Positions 9,646-20,659 of a DNA stretch of 64,000 nucleotides are shown in pieces; positions within the stretch are counted from its first letter, which is position 1; every line of letters begins with the position of its first letter. The translations under genes and the position numbers were made by a program. The notes under the pieces were generated by a model. That model made no database searches, had not been told where the DNA came from, and was given only the letters and a program-made list of their open reading frames with translations. The stretch comes from Puniceicoccaceae bacterium. Lineage in GTDB: Bacteria > Verrucomicrobiota > Verrucomicrobiia > Opitutales > Oceanipulchritudinaceae. Where the stretch lies: NCBI GenBank assembly GCA_040830765.1, contig JBFOMH010000024.1, positions 1 to 64,000 of the forward strand, written 5' to 3'.

Positions 9646-11187
9646 ATGAAATCATTCAAAGCCCTTTTGCCGCTTCTCATGGTCGCTCCATTCGTGGATG
9701 CCCAAACCGTTGTTGAGGACCCCGTTCCGAATGTCCAGTCATCCCGAATCACGGTCTGGAAACGTGAATTCGCGACAATACCGTCCAGTGCCGGCAGCCG
9801 GCCATTTGCCCGCATCAACCAGGTGGAACCATTTTCCCTGAAGAACAAGTGGCTGGGGGTCAATGACCTGAGAGGCCCATTCTACATGGTCAACTACCAG
9901 GGCAAGGTTACGGAGTATCTCGACGTTTCCAATTTCTTCTCGGATTTCGTTGATTCCCCGGGTCTGGGAACAGGTTTTACTTCCTTCGCGGCCCACCCCG
10001 AATTTGATGAGAACGGCAAGTTCTACACTTCGCACACGGAATCGGGTGGCAGTGGAACCCCCACCATTCCCCTGCCAAACAATGTCAACGAGCTCCTGCA
10101 GGGGGTCATCATGGAATGGACCGCCCTGGACCCGACACGTCCCACCTTCCTTGGCACCCGCAGGGAGATTCTTCGTATCGACCTGACCGGGACGATCCAT
10201 GGCTTCCAGGAAATTTCCTTTCGCCCGGGTATTGATGAAAGCCATCCCGATTAGGGATTGCTCTTTATCTGCATTGGTGAGGCCCAGACGCTGCAACGCG
10301 GTCCCCTGAGTAACATCGGGACCATTGAGAGCCCCATTGGCACCGTCTTCCGGATTGATCCGATGGGCAACAACAGTGTCAACGGCCAGTACGGTGTCCC
10401 GGCGGACAATCCCTTTGTCGGCACGCCCGGGGCCGTCGAGGAAATTCTCGCCTATGGATTCAGGAATCCGCACCGCATTGCTTGGAACAAACAGACCGGG
10501 GACATGCTCCTGGTGGACATCGGGGAGCGGCAAATTGAGGAAATCAATCTCATCGAACCCGGGAAGAATTATGGCTGGCCCTACCGCGAAGGGCCCTTCC
10601 TCCTCGATCCGGATGGCATTACGGACATTGTCTATGAGCTCCCTCCCGATGACTCCGGTTACACTTATCCGGTGGCCATGTATGATCACGATGACGGTCG
10701 GGCCATTTCCGGCGGATTTGTCTATCGCAGTGATCGCATTCCCGACTTGAAAGACCAGTTCCTTGCCTCCGACATCCGTGACGGTACCCTTTTCCTGGTG
10801 CCGGCGGACGAACTCCAGCAGGGAACGCAAACACCCTTGAAAGAGTGGTTCATGCGCGACGACAGAGGCGTCATTAACGCCTACAACATGGTCGGCACCA
10901 CGAACCGGACCGACCTCCGGATCGGCGAGGACCACTTCGGGGAAATCTACATCCTGACGAAACAGGACGCCAAGATCCGCAAACTGATTAGTACCGGTGA
11001 ACCGCAGTCCGGATATGGGATATTCGAAGGTTATCCATGGGTCCAGCAATGGGTCGATTCCGGTGCATTCCTTGGCTGGGCCAATGTCGCCAACTATCCC
11101 TGGGTCTATCTCGAGTCGCTTGGCAAATACGGTTATGCCGCTCCATCCGATTCCCCGACCGGCTGGATGTACCTGCCAAATTATTGA
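9646..11187 (+). pseudogene. secreted PQQ-dependent sugar (glucose/sorbosone) dehydrogenase-like beta-propeller protein interrupted by an in-frame TAG at 10252-10254
   Basis: Signal peptide MKSFKALL...VDAQ; AAHPEFDENGKFY before the stop; same frame continues with GVPADNPF, YGFRNPHR, EEINLIEPGKNYGWP and ISGGFVYR. Confidence 0.8.
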
Positions 11188-11192
11188 TTGGC

Positions 11193-13010
11193 TTAACTTT
11201 TGCCCGCCTTCTCCATGCGCTTACGGGCATGGGGATCGAGGATGCGCTTGCGCAGGCGGAGGATTTTCGGCGTAGCCTCCACGTATTCGTCGGACTCGAT
11301 GTACTCGAGGGCCCGTTCAAGGGAGAACTTGATTGGCGGAGCCAACTGCACGTTCTTGTCGCTGCCTGAAGCCCGGAAATTGGTCAGCTGCTTGCCCTTG
11401 GTCGGATTGACCGGCAGGTCGAGCCGCTTGGGATTTTCCCCGACAATCATCCCGACATAGGTCTCCTCGCCGGGACCGACAAACAGCTTGCCGCGTTCCT
11501 CAAGGGCCATCAGGGCATAGCCGGTGGCGGCGCCCTGCTCCATGGAAACAAGTGTACCCGTCTGGCGGCTGACAATTTCACCGGCCAGGGGCTTGTAGGC
11601 ATCGAAGAGGTGGCTCATGACACCGTGGCCGCTGGTCATGTTGACCAGGTCGAATTCAAAGCCGATCAATCCCCGGGTGGGAATGTTGGCCTCAATCGTG
11701 GTCCGTCCCATCATGTGGGCGTTCATCCCGGTCACCTGTCCCTTGCGGGAAGCCAGGTTCTTCATGATGCCACCCACGGTGTCATCCGGAACATCGATCC
11801 AGACATTTTCAAAAGGCTCGCACTGCTGGCCATCGACAACCTGCTTGATGACCTGCGGGCGGGAAACAAGAACCTCATAACCCTCCCGTCGCATTTGTTC
11901 CACCAGGACCGCAATCTGCATCGCTCCTCGCGCTGAGACCATGAACCTGGCCCCGTCACCCTCTTCATCCACCTGGATGGAGATGTTGGTCTTGGTCTCG
12001 CGGATAAGGCGTTCGCGGATCTGGCGTGAGGTCACCTTCTTACCATCCTTGCCGGCAAAGGGGCCGTCATTGACCGCAAATTCCATCTGGATGGTCGGGG
12101 GATCGATTTCCACAAAGGGCAGCGGTTCCTGTTCCGCTGTGGCAACTATCGTCTCCCCAATATCGACTTCCTCGAAGCCGGCCAGTCCAACGATGTTCCC
12201 GGCAACGGCAAGATGGGAGTCGGATGTCTGCAGCCCGGAGTATTCAAAGAGTTTCGTGATCTTGGCAGTTTCGCGTTTCCCATCCTTGCGGATGATCTGC
12301 AAGCGTTCCCCGGCTTGGGCCTCGCCACTGAGGATACGCCCGACTGCCACCCGGCCGACATAGTCGTTCCAGTCGATGTTGCTGACCAGCATGCGGAAGT
12401 CACCCTCCTCGACCGTCGGCGGATCAATGCGATTCATGATAGTCTCAAACAAGGCCGTCATGTCCTGACGGGGCCCCTCGAGGGACTGGTCCGCCCAGCC
12501 ATTCTTGGCGCTGGCGTAGATAAAGGGAGCATTGAATTGGTCCTCGTCCGCCTCCAGGTCGAGAAACAGCTCCAGCACCTTGTCATGGACGGCCTCCGGA
12601 TCAGCGTGCTCGCGGTCAACCTTGTTGATGACGACGATCGGCTTGAGATGCTGCTGCAGGGCCTTCATGAGGACAAAGCGAGTCTGCGCCTGCGGCCCTT
12701 CGTAGGCATCAACGAGCAGCAGGACCCCGTCGACCATCTTCATCACGCGTTCCACTTCAGCCCCAAAGTCGGCGTGCCCGGGCGTATCAACAATGTTGAT
12801 CAGGTTCTCCTTCCAGTGGATGGAGGTGTTCTTGGCTTTGATGGTAATTCCCTTTTCCCGCTCCAGATCCATGGAGTCCATCATGCGGTCCTCGACCACC
12901 TGGTTTTCGCGGAAAAGGCCGCCAGCCTTGAGCATTTCATCGACCAGCGTCGTTTTGCCATGGTCGACGTGCGCGATGATGGCGATATTGCGGATGTTCT
13001 TCGGATTCAT
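11193..13010 (-). CDS. typA: translational GTPase TypA/BipA
   Basis: [29 protein letters not shown] and conserved C-terminal RLRKRIL. Confidence 0.97.
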   Translation of the reverse strand: MNPKNIRNIAIIAHVDHGKTTLVDEMLKAGGLFRENQVVEDRMMDSMDLEREKGITIKAKNTSIHWKENLINIVDTPGHADFGAEVERVMKMVDGVLLLVDAYEGPQAQTRFVLMKALQQHLKPIVVINKVDREHADPEAVHDKVLELFLDLEADEDQFNAPFIYASAKNGWADQSLEGPRQDMTALFETIMNRIDPPTVEEGDFRMLVSNIDWNDYVGRVAVGRILSGEAQAGERLQIIRKDGKRETAKITKLFEYSGLQTSDSHLAVAGNIVGLAGFEEVDIGETIVATAEQEPLPFVEIDPPTIQMEFAVNDGPFAGKDGKKVTSRQIRERLIRETKTNISIQVDEEGDGARFMVSARGAMQIAVLVEQMRREGYEVLVSRPQVIKQVVDGQQCEPFENVWIDVPDDTVGGIMKNLASRKGQVTGMNAHMMGRTTIEANIPTRGLIGFEFDLVNMTSGHGVMSHLFDAYKPLAGEIVSRQTGTLVSMEQGAATGYALMALEERGKLFVGPGEETYVGMIVGENPKRLDLPVNPTKGKQLTNFRASGSDKNVQLAPPIKFSLERALEYIESDEYVEATPKILRLRKRILDPHARKRMEKAGKS

Positions 13011-13063
13011 GCGGAAAAGCCGAAGACACAATCACTTCCTGAGGCTTTTGCACGCAAAATCGT

Positions 13064-16000
13064 CTACTGGAAATATGCTACCCCGGAGGCAAAGATCGGC
13101 TGTACCCGCTCACCGCTGATATTAATCCCAATGTGGTCTCCGACCCGCTCCGAGTGGCCCATCTTGCCGAAAATGCGCCCACACGGGCTGGTGATGCCCT
13201 CAATGGCATGCATCGAACCATTGGGATTCTCCGGCAGGGCCAGGGTCGGGCGGCCTTCCGCATCCACATATTGGGTTGCCACCTGGTCGTTCTGGAAAAG
13301 CCCGGCAAGGACATCCTCCGGCCCGACAAATCGACCCTCCCCATGGGAGACCGGGATCATGTACTCCTTGCCCAGTTCGCACTGGGAAAGCCATGGGGAA
13401 AGTTTGGAAACGACCTTCGTCCGGACATAGCAGGAGACGTGGCGGGCCAGGTGGTTGGTCGTCAGGCTTGGGTGGTCCTCCTGCATGGGCTTGATAGTTC
13501 CGAATGGAAGCAGGCCCAGTTTCACCAGTGCCTGAAAGCCGTTGCAAATGCCGAGGATGAGACCGTCGCGATCCTTGTAGAGACGGCGCGTGGCCTCCGC
13601 CACCCGCTCATTGCGGAAGATGGAGGCAATGAACTTGCCGGATCCTCCCGGTTCGTCACCGGCACTGAATCCACCCGCCAGCATGAGGATTTGGCTCTCA
13701 TCGAGCTTTTCCTCAAGGGCCTTCAGGCTGGCTTCGATCTCCGCATGGGTACGGTTCCGGATGACAAGGATTTCCGCTTCCGCCCCTGCCTTCTCAAATG
13801 CCCGGGCGGAGTCGTATTCGCAGTTGGTTCCTGGAAAGACCGGGATCACTACCCGTGGCCGGGCTGTCTTGGTCGATGAGGTCCGGAAGCTATGCGGCTC
13901 AAACATCTGGCTCTGCGGGGGCGCTTCACCAGTCTCCACCCGCGTCGGAAAAACACTCTCCAAGGGCGCTTCCCAGAGCGCGCGCAGCTCGGCCAAATCA
14001 AGGCTCTCTTCCAATACCTTGATGGCAGGCTCAGCCGAAACATTCCCGATGACCACCCCTGGCAATGATTCGGGATCGGCCGAAGGAGCGAGTTCCAGCA
14101 GCAGGCTGCCGTATTCTTCAGCAAAGAGCTCCTCCACCGTAAGTGAGTCATTCAGGCTGACGCCCAACATGTTGCCGAGGGCCATGCGGGTAAGGGCGGC
14201 AGCGGTTCCCCCTTCGCGGACGACCGAGGCGGAGAGGATTTCCCCACGGCCGATGGCATCCGCTACAGAGGCATAGATTGCCTTCAGTTCCTCCCAGACG
14301 GGGATATCCGCTCCGTCCCGGGGAATGGAAACCTTCACGACCGCGTTTCCGGCTGTTTTGAATTCAGGGGAAATGACCCGTGTGACATCCACCGGGCAAA
14401 CAGCAAAGGAAACCAGCGTCGGCGGCACATCCATGTCGCGGAAGGTGCCAGACATTGAATCCTTGCCACCGATGGCCGCTACGCCGAGTTCCTTCTGGGC
14501 CGTCCAGGCGCCGAGCAGGGCAGCAAAGGGCTTCCCCCAGCGCTCCGGTTCCCCACGCAGCTTTTCAAAATATTCCTGCAGGGTCAGCCAGGTCTCTTCC
14601 AGTCGTCCGCCCGTCGCGATAAGCCGGGAAACGGATTCCACGACGGCATACACTGCCCCGTGATAAGGACTCCAAGAGGATACTTCCGGCTGGAATCCAA
14701 AGCTCATCAAGGTCCCGTTGTTGGTTTCCCCCTTGAGAACCGGCAGCTTGGCCGCCATGGCCTCGGTCGGTGTCAGCCGTTCCTTGCCGCCAAACGGGTG
14801 CAGGACACTGGCCGCGCCGATGGTGCTGTCAAAGCGCTCAATCAGTCCCTTCTGGGAACAGACATTCAGTTTCCCGAGGATGGACTTCCACTGGTCGGCA
14901 AAGGTGCCATTAACAGACTTCGGCCGAAGCCGGTTCTCCGGTCCGGGATGTGCCACCTTGACGGTGGCCTGCTGGCGCACGCCGTTGGTGTCGAGAAAGG
15001 CCCGGGAAATATCAACAATCTTCTGCCCCCGCCAGGTCATGACAAGGCGCGGGTCCTCGGTGACTTCGGCTACCTTTACCGCTTCGAGATTTTCAACCGC
15101 TGCATGGTCGATGAATGCCTGCAAATCGCCGGCATCGAGGACAACAGCCATCCGTTCCTGGGACTCGGAGAGAGCAATTTCTGTCCCGTCGAGGCCGTTG
15201 TACTTCAGCGGTACCACATCAAGGTTGATCGATAGGCCGTCCGCCAGCTCGCCAATGGCTACCGAGACTCCACCGGCCCCAAAATCGTTGCAGCGCTTGA
15301 TCATGCCACTGACTTCCGGGACCCGGAAGAGCCGTTGCAACTTGCGCTCCATTGGTGGATCCCCCTTCTGGACTTCGGCGGCATTCTCCAGTGCCGTGTC
15401 GGTATGAGCCTTGGACGAGCCCGTGGCCCCGCCAATGCCATCCCGACCGGTCCGGCCACCAACCAGGACAATCACGTCGCCCGGTTCGGGTGTTCCGCGG
15501 ACCACCTGTGACCGCGGTGCCGCAGCGATGACAGCCCCGATCTCCATCCGCTTGGCAATGTAACCGGGATGGTAGACTTCGTTGACCATGCCTGTGGCCA
15601 GTCCAATCTGATTGCCGTAGCTGCTGTAGCCGTGGGCTGCTTCGAGGGTAATTTTCCGCTGGGGCAGTTTGCCTGGAAGGGTTTCCTCGATCGGCTGGCG
15701 GGGATCGCCACATCCAGTCACCCGCATCGCCTGGTAGACGTAGCTTCGTCCGGAGAGCGGATCCCGGATAGCGCCCCCGAGGCAAGTGGCGGCTCCACCA
15801 AAGGGCTCAATTTCCGTCGGGTGGTTGTGGGTCTCGTTCTTGAACATGACCAGCCACTCCTCTTCCTGTCCGTCTATCTCCACGGGTACCACGATACTCG
15901 CCGCGTTGACTTCCTCGGAAATCTCCAGCCCGTCCAGCTGACCGGCCTTCCGCAATGCCTTCATACCCATCAAGGCGATGTCCATGAGACACACCGGGCG

Positions 16001-16801
16001 GCCTTCAGGTTTCTCTCCGTATACAGCTTCCCGGGCTTCCTGATAAGAGGCCCAGGCTTGCTCGAGCGGTTCGCTGAGGGGACCTTTCTCAAATTCAACC
16101 GAAGTGATCTCGGTCAAGAAAGTCGTATGGCGGCAATGATCGGACCAGTAGGTATCGAGTAGCTTCAACTCGGTCAGCGTCGGCTCCCGCTCCGCTTCTC
16201 CCTGAAACCACTTCTGGCAAAAAGCGAGGTCCTCCGTCGACATGGCGAGTCCGAGGCTCTGGTGAAGGCTGTCCAGGAAGGCCGCATCGCCGGTGTTGAA
16301 TCCCTTGATCGATTGCACCGGTTGGGGTTCGGGGACCGGATGAACCAGCGTCTCTGGTCGTTCCAAGCTGGCTTCGCGAGAATCGACCGGGTTAATCCGG
16401 TATGCCTTGAGGCGCTCCATTTCATCATCGGAAAGGCTGCCTTCCAGAATCAGGACCTCTGCACAGCGGACAACCGGTTGGCAGTCCGCCAGCAGCTTGA
16501 GACATTGCACTGCGGAATCCGCGCGCTGGTCGAATTGTCCCGGCAGGTATTCAACCGCAAATACCGCTTGCCCGTCTTCCCAAGGCCGGGTCTCCCAGGC
16601 AATCTCAATGGCCGGCTCCGCAAAGAGGGATTGCTTGCTGCCCTCCCAGACAGAATCGGGCACCCCTTCGACATCGTAGCGAAGCAAATGTCGCAGGCCG
16701 GTCAGTCCTTTCAATCTCAGGTCGCGGCCCACATCCTCCAGTAATGCTTCCGCCTCCTGACGGAATCCCGGCCGCTTTTCCACATACAAACGCCTGATCA
16801 T
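13064..16801 (-). CDS. purL: phosphoribosylformylglycinamidine synthase, large single-chain form
   Basis: [32 protein letters not shown]; glutaminase domain GICNGFQ and GKMGHSER. Confidence 0.96.
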   Translation of the reverse strand: MIRRLYVEKRPGFRQEAEALLEDVGRDLRLKGLTGLRHLLRYDVEGVPDSVWEGSKQSLFAEPAIEIAWETRPWEDGQAVFAVEYLPGQFDQRADSAVQCLKLLADCQPVVRCAEVLILEGSLSDDEMERLKAYRINPVDSREASLERPETLVHPVPEPQPVQSIKGFNTGDAAFLDSLHQSLGLAMSTEDLAFCQKWFQGEAEREPTLTELKLLDTYWSDHCRHTTFLTEITSVEFEKGPLSEPLEQAWASYQEAREAVYGEKPEGRPVCLMDIALMGMKALRKAGQLDGLEISEEVNAASIVVPVEIDGQEEEWLVMFKNETHNHPTEIEPFGGAATCLGGAIRDPLSGRSYVYQAMRVTGCGDPRQPIEETLPGKLPQRKITLEAAHGYSSYGNQIGLATGMVNEVYHPGYIAKRMEIGAVIAAAPRSQVVRGTPEPGDVIVLVGGRTGRDGIGGATGSSKAHTDTALENAAEVQKGDPPMERKLQRLFRVPEVSGMIKRCNDFGAGGVSVAIGELADGLSINLDVVPLKYNGLDGTEIALSESQERMAVVLDAGDLQAFIDHAAVENLEAVKVAEVTEDPRLVMTWRGQKIVDISRAFLDTNGVRQQATVKVAHPGPENRLRPKSVNGTFADQWKSILGKLNVCSQKGLIERFDSTIGAASVLHPFGGKERLTPTEAMAAKLPVLKGETNNGTLMSFGFQPEVSSWSPYHGAVYAVVESVSRLIATGGRLEETWLTLQEYFEKLRGEPERWGKPFAALLGAWTAQKELGVAAIGGKDSMSGTFRDMDVPPTLVSFAVCPVDVTRVISPEFKTAGNAVVKVSIPRDGADIPVWEELKAIYASVADAIGRGEILSASVVREGGTAAALTRMALGNMLGVSLNDSLTVEELFAEEYGSLLLELAPSADPESLPGVVIGNVSAEPAIKVLEESLDLAELRALWEAPLESVFPTRVETGEAPPQSQMFEPHSFRTSSTKTARPRVVIPVFPGTNCEYDSARAFEKAGAEAEILVIRNRTHAEIEASLKALEEKLDESQILMLAGGFSAGDEPGGSGKFIASIFRNERVAEATRRLYKDRDGLILGICNGFQALVKLGLLPFGTIKPMQEDHPSLTTNHLARHVSCYVRTKVVSKLSPWLSQCELGKEYMIPVSHGEGRFVGPEDVLAGLFQNDQVATQYVDAEGRPTLALPENPNGSMHAIEGITSPCGRIFGKMGHSERVGDHIGINISGERVQPIFASGVAYFQ

Positions 16802-16922
16802 GCATCTGAGATGAGGCAGCAGGAGAAAGACTGCAACTCTCAAAGATCAAGTAATTCCGACAAAAGATTTGCACCCCGCAAATGAGTCCTCCACGGTGCT
16901 CTCAAGTTATCCGGCAGCGTCG

Positions 16923-18845
16923 ATGAGTGAACTGATCAAGCACGAATGTGGTATCGCCCTAATCCGGTTGAAACAACCGTTGGCCTACTTTGCGGAAAAA
17001 TACGGATCGCCCCTTTATGGCTTCAGCAAACTGTTCCTCCTGATGGAGAAACAGCACAACCGCGGCCAGGATGGAGCTGGGATCGGCTGCGTTAAGCTGA
17101 ACGTTCCCCATGGCCATTCCTTCATGCACCGGGAACGGGTCCTGCGCGAAAATTCCCTTGGTCCCCTTTTCCGCCGGCAACTCAAGCGCTACGACAAGGC
17201 CATCAGCAAGGGAATCATTATTCCGGAGTTCGTCGACACGGTGAAGTTGCATTTTGATTTCGGTGGCGAAATCCTCATGGGCCATCTTCGTTACGGGACC
17301 TCCGGCGACTTTACTGAGAGCTCCTGCCATCCCTATTTCCGGCGCAGCAACTGGCCGACCCGGAACCTGATGGTCTGCGGGAACTTCAACATGACCAACA
17401 CCGGGGAACTCAACCGGCTGCTCATCAACCGCGGCCAGCACCCCATTTTCGATACCGATACCCAGACCATCCTTGAGGAGATCGGGTTTCATCTCGATGA
17501 GGCCCATGATGCCATCTATCACAAGATGCGCGACGAGGCCAAGATGCCCGGCCCGGAGATTCCGGAAGTCATCTCGAGGGAACTGGACATTGTCCGCATC
17601 CTCCGCAAGGCGGCCGGCGTCTGGGACGGGGGCTACTGCATTGCCGGGATGGTCGGCAACGGGGACACCTTTGTCATGCGGGATCCCCATGGCATCCGGC
17701 CCGCCCACTATTTTGAGGACGACGAGGTAATCGCCTTTGCCTCCGAAAGGGTCCCCTTGATGACCGCCTTCGACAAGGAAAAGGGAGATATCAAGGAAGT
17801 CCCGCCCGGGCATGTCGTTTCCATCAAGAACACCGGGGAAGTCCGGGTGGAAAGCTTCAGCGATGCTGCTCCCCAGACCAGTTGCACCTTTGAGCGGATC
17901 TATTTCTCGCGCGGGAACGACCCGGACATCTACCAGGAGCGCAAGGCCCTCGGGGCCGCCCTCTGCCCGCACCTGCTAAAGGAGATTGATTACGACCTGA
18001 CCAACTCCGTCTTCTCCTACATTCCCAACACCGCGGAAACATCCAGTTACGGACTCCTCCATGGGTTGCGCCGCTACCGGCGTTCGGCGGTCAAGGACAG
18101 GATCCTCAAGGCCCACCAGGATGGAACCCTCGATGAACAACTCGTTGATGAGCTCATTCTCGATAACTGGCCCCGGGCCGAAAAGATTGCCCACAAGGAC
18201 ATCAAGCTGCGAACCTTCATTTCCAATGAGCAGGGCCGCAGCAAGCTCGTCTCGCACGTCTACGACATCACCTACGATGTCGTTCAGCCCAAGGACAACC
18301 TGGTCGTCCTCGACGACTCCATCGTGCGGGGAACAACCCTGCGGGAATCGATTATCAAGATTCTTTCCCGGACCAATCCGAAGAAGATCATCGTCGCCTC
18401 GACGGCTCCCCAGATCCGCTATCCGGACTGCTACGGGATCGACATGAGCGAGCTGGGCAAGTTCATCGCCTTCCAGGCCGCCATCGCCCTTCTCAAGGAA
18501 CGTGGCGCACAGGAACGCATCGAGGATGTCTACCGGGCCTGCCTGAGAGAGGTAACCAAGCCGAAGGAAAAGCAGGTCAACTGCGTCAAGGACATCTACG
18601 CCCCATTCTCGGCTGTGGAAATTTCGGCCAAGATCGCGGAGATGCTCTATCCGAAGGACATCCCGTGGCAGGGCGAACTGTGTATCCTCTACCAGACCAT
18701 CGAGGACCTCCACGCATCCATTCCGGAACATACGGGGGACTGGTACTTTACCGGCAACTACCCGACCCCGGGGGGAACACAGGTTGTCAACCGGGCCTTC
18801 ATTGATTATTTTGAAAACCGCAGCGGACGCAGCTACGATGTCTAA
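16923..18845 (+). CDS. purF: amidophosphoribosyltransferase
   Basis: HECGIA N-terminal Cys, QHNRGQD, GHLRYGT, CTFERIYFSR, PRPP motif VLDDSIVRGTT, YGIDM. Confidence 0.95.
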   Translation: MSELIKHECGIALIRLKQPLAYFAEKYGSPLYGFSKLFLLMEKQHNRGQDGAGIGCVKLNVPHGHSFMHRERVLRENSLGPLFRRQLKRYDKAISKGIIIPEFVDTVKLHFDFGGEILMGHLRYGTSGDFTESSCHPYFRRSNWPTRNLMVCGNFNMTNTGELNRLLINRGQHPIFDTDTQTILEEIGFHLDEAHDAIYHKMRDEAKMPGPEIPEVISRELDIVRILRKAAGVWDGGYCIAGMVGNGDTFVMRDPHGIRPAHYFEDDEVIAFASERVPLMTAFDKEKGDIKEVPPGHVVSIKNTGEVRVESFSDAAPQTSCTFERIYFSRGNDPDIYQERKALGAALCPHLLKEIDYDLTNSVFSYIPNTAETSSYGLLHGLRRYRRSAVKDRILKAHQDGTLDEQLVDELILDNWPRAEKIAHKDIKLRTFISNEQGRSKLVSHVYDITYDVVQPKDNLVVLDDSIVRGTTLRESIIKILSRTNPKKIIVASTAPQIRYPDCYGIDMSELGKFIAFQAAIALLKERGAQERIEDVYRACLREVTKPKEKQVNCVKDIYAPFSAVEISAKIAEMLYPKDIPWQGELCILYQTIEDLHASIPEHTGDWYFTGNYPTPGGTQVVNRAFIDYFENRSGRSYDV

Positions 18846-19920
18846 AAATACCAAAAAGAAAAAGGCCTACGCCGAGGCAGGGGTCGATATTGCCCTTGCG
18901 GACAAGCTGCTTGACCAGGTCAAGCCCTACCTCAAGCAGGCCACCCGGAAGGAATCCCTCGGTTCAATCGGCGGATTCGGTGGATTCTTCGACATCTCCC
19001 GACTCAAGCAAAAGCATCCGGTACTGGTCAGCAGCACGGACAGCGTCGGCACCAAGGTCACCGCTGCCAAGGTCACCGGCATCTACCGGAATCTCGGGGC
19101 GGACATCGTCAACCACTGTGCCAATGACATCGCCGTCTGCGGGGCTGAGCCGCTCTACTTTCTGGACTACTACGCCACCGGCAAACTGAACCAGAACTAC
19201 GTCACGCTTCTGAAAAGCCTGGCCAAGGCCTGCACCGCGGGCAACATCGCCCTTGTCGGCGGTGAGACCGCCGAGCTTCCCGGAGTCTACACCGAGGGGG
19301 AATGCGACCTTGTCGGCTCCATTGTCGGGGTCGTGGACAAGCCGAAAATCCTCACCGGTGCTGCTATCCGCCCTGGCGACGTCATGGTCGGTCTTGGATC
19401 GAGTGGCCTTCACACAAACGGGTTTTCCCTCGCCCGGAAGATTCTCTTCGGCGATCTTAAGCTGAAGGGGGATGACCTTCTGCCCGGCTTCCGTCAGAAG
19501 GCCGGCAATGCCCTCATGCAGCCGCATGTCAACTACAGCGGCTTCATCATGGAAGCCCTGCGAAAACTCAACAAAGGCCCGCTGGCAGCCCGCCGGAAGG
19601 AGAATAAGGTTTTCGGCCTCGCCCATATCACCGGTGGCGGATTCACTGGGAACATTCCAAGAATCCTCCCCGCCAATTGTGATGGTATTGTCGATACAAC
19701 GACATGGAAACCCCTCCCGGTTTTCCAGGTTATCACGGGTGACGGACGGGTGGATTTTGACGAAGCCTACGAGGTCTTCAACATGGGCATCGGTCTCGTT
19801 GCCGTCATCGAGAAAGATACCGTCGATGCCTTCCTGAAGCTGGCCAAGAAACATCGCCACAAGGCCAACGTTATCGGGCAAGTCGTCAAGGGAAGCGGCA
19901 TTGTCCAATTGAAGAAGTAA
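18838..19920 (+). CDS. purM: phosphoribosylformylglycinamidine cyclo-ligase
   Basis: YAEAGVDI, GGETAELPG, SSGLHTNGFSL, AHITGGG and FNMGIG motifs. Confidence 0.96.
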   Translation: MSKNTKKKKAYAEAGVDIALADKLLDQVKPYLKQATRKESLGSIGGFGGFFDISRLKQKHPVLVSSTDSVGTKVTAAKVTGIYRNLGADIVNHCANDIAVCGAEPLYFLDYYATGKLNQNYVTLLKSLAKACTAGNIALVGGETAELPGVYTEGECDLVGSIVGVVDKPKILTGAAIRPGDVMVGLGSSGLHTNGFSLARKILFGDLKLKGDDLLPGFRQKAGNALMQPHVNYSGFIMEALRKLNKGPLAARRKENKVFGLAHITGGGFTGNIPRILPANCDGIVDTTTWKPLPVFQVITGDGRVDFDEAYEVFNMGIGLVAVIEKDTVDAFLKLAKKHRHKANVIGQVVKGSGIVQLKK

Positions 19921-19924
19921 TCGC

Positions 19925-20659
19925 ATGGCTCAGAAATCGGCATCAGTTGAGTTCATTTACGGATTGAATCCCGTCTTCGAGTGCCTGAGGGCAGGAAGAC
20001 GGACGGTGCACGAGGCCTTCGTCAACGAAAAGACGGCCACCAGCTCCCGGTTAAAGACGCTGGCCCGCCTGCTGGAGAAGAACGGCGTCCGCATGAACCT
20101 GACCGACAAGGGTCGCCTGCACCAGTTGTGCGGTTCATCGGAACACCAGAACGTGGTCCTGAAAGTTTCCCGCTATCCGTACGTTGCCAGTGACGATTGC
20201 CTGACTCACGAACGGGTTTTGCTGCTGGATAACGTGGAGGACCCGCACAACGTGGGAGCAATTCTCCGCTCAGCGGAGGTCTTCGGATACCATCACGTTC
20301 TCCTGCCGACAAAAGGGGTTCCCGAGGTCTACCCATCGGTTTCGAAAGTTTCTGCCGGAGCAGTGGAGTTTCTCAACATCGCCCGCGACTGCAGCGCGGT
20401 GACCTATTGCCAGAAGGCAGTTGAGGCAGGCTATACGGTTGCTTCGCTGGACATGAAGGGAAAGGTGCCACTTGATGATTTCGCAAGGGATGTTCCCTCC
20501 CCGCTCCTGGTCGTCATCGGAGGCGAAGACCGGGGCGTCGGACAGTTTATCCTCAACAACTCCTCTGCCGTCCTGGCCATACCGCAAAGCGGGAAGATCA
20601 ACTCTCTCAACGCCTCGGTAGCGGCCTCGCTGACCCTTTACGCCTTGCGCAAGGACTGA
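19925..20659 (+). CDS. rlmB: 23S rRNA (guanosine-2'-O)-methyltransferase, TrmH/SpoU family
   Basis: IYGLNPV, LDNVEDPHNVGAILRSA, IGGEDRG and SLNASVAA SPOUT motifs. Confidence 0.9.
   Translation: MAQKSASVEFIYGLNPVFECLRAGRRTVHEAFVNEKTATSSRLKTLARLLEKNGVRMNLTDKGRLHQLCGSSEHQNVVLKVSRYPYVASDDCLTHERVLLLDNVEDPHNVGAILRSAEVFGYHHVLLPTKGVPEVYPSVSKVSAGAVEFLNIARDCSAVTYCQKAVEAGYTVASLDMKGKVPLDDFARDVPSPLLVVIGGEDRGVGQFILNNSSAVLAIPQSGKINSLNASVAASLTLYALRKD

Noticed and set aside
10252..10254. Genome-wide amber recoding or pyrrolysine use
   Set aside because: TAG ends several conserved genes at their expected C-termini in this window, and no pyl genes are seen
20638..20659. 22-nt convergent overlap of rlmB and hrpA
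   Set aside because: Short tail-to-tail overlaps are common in compact genomes
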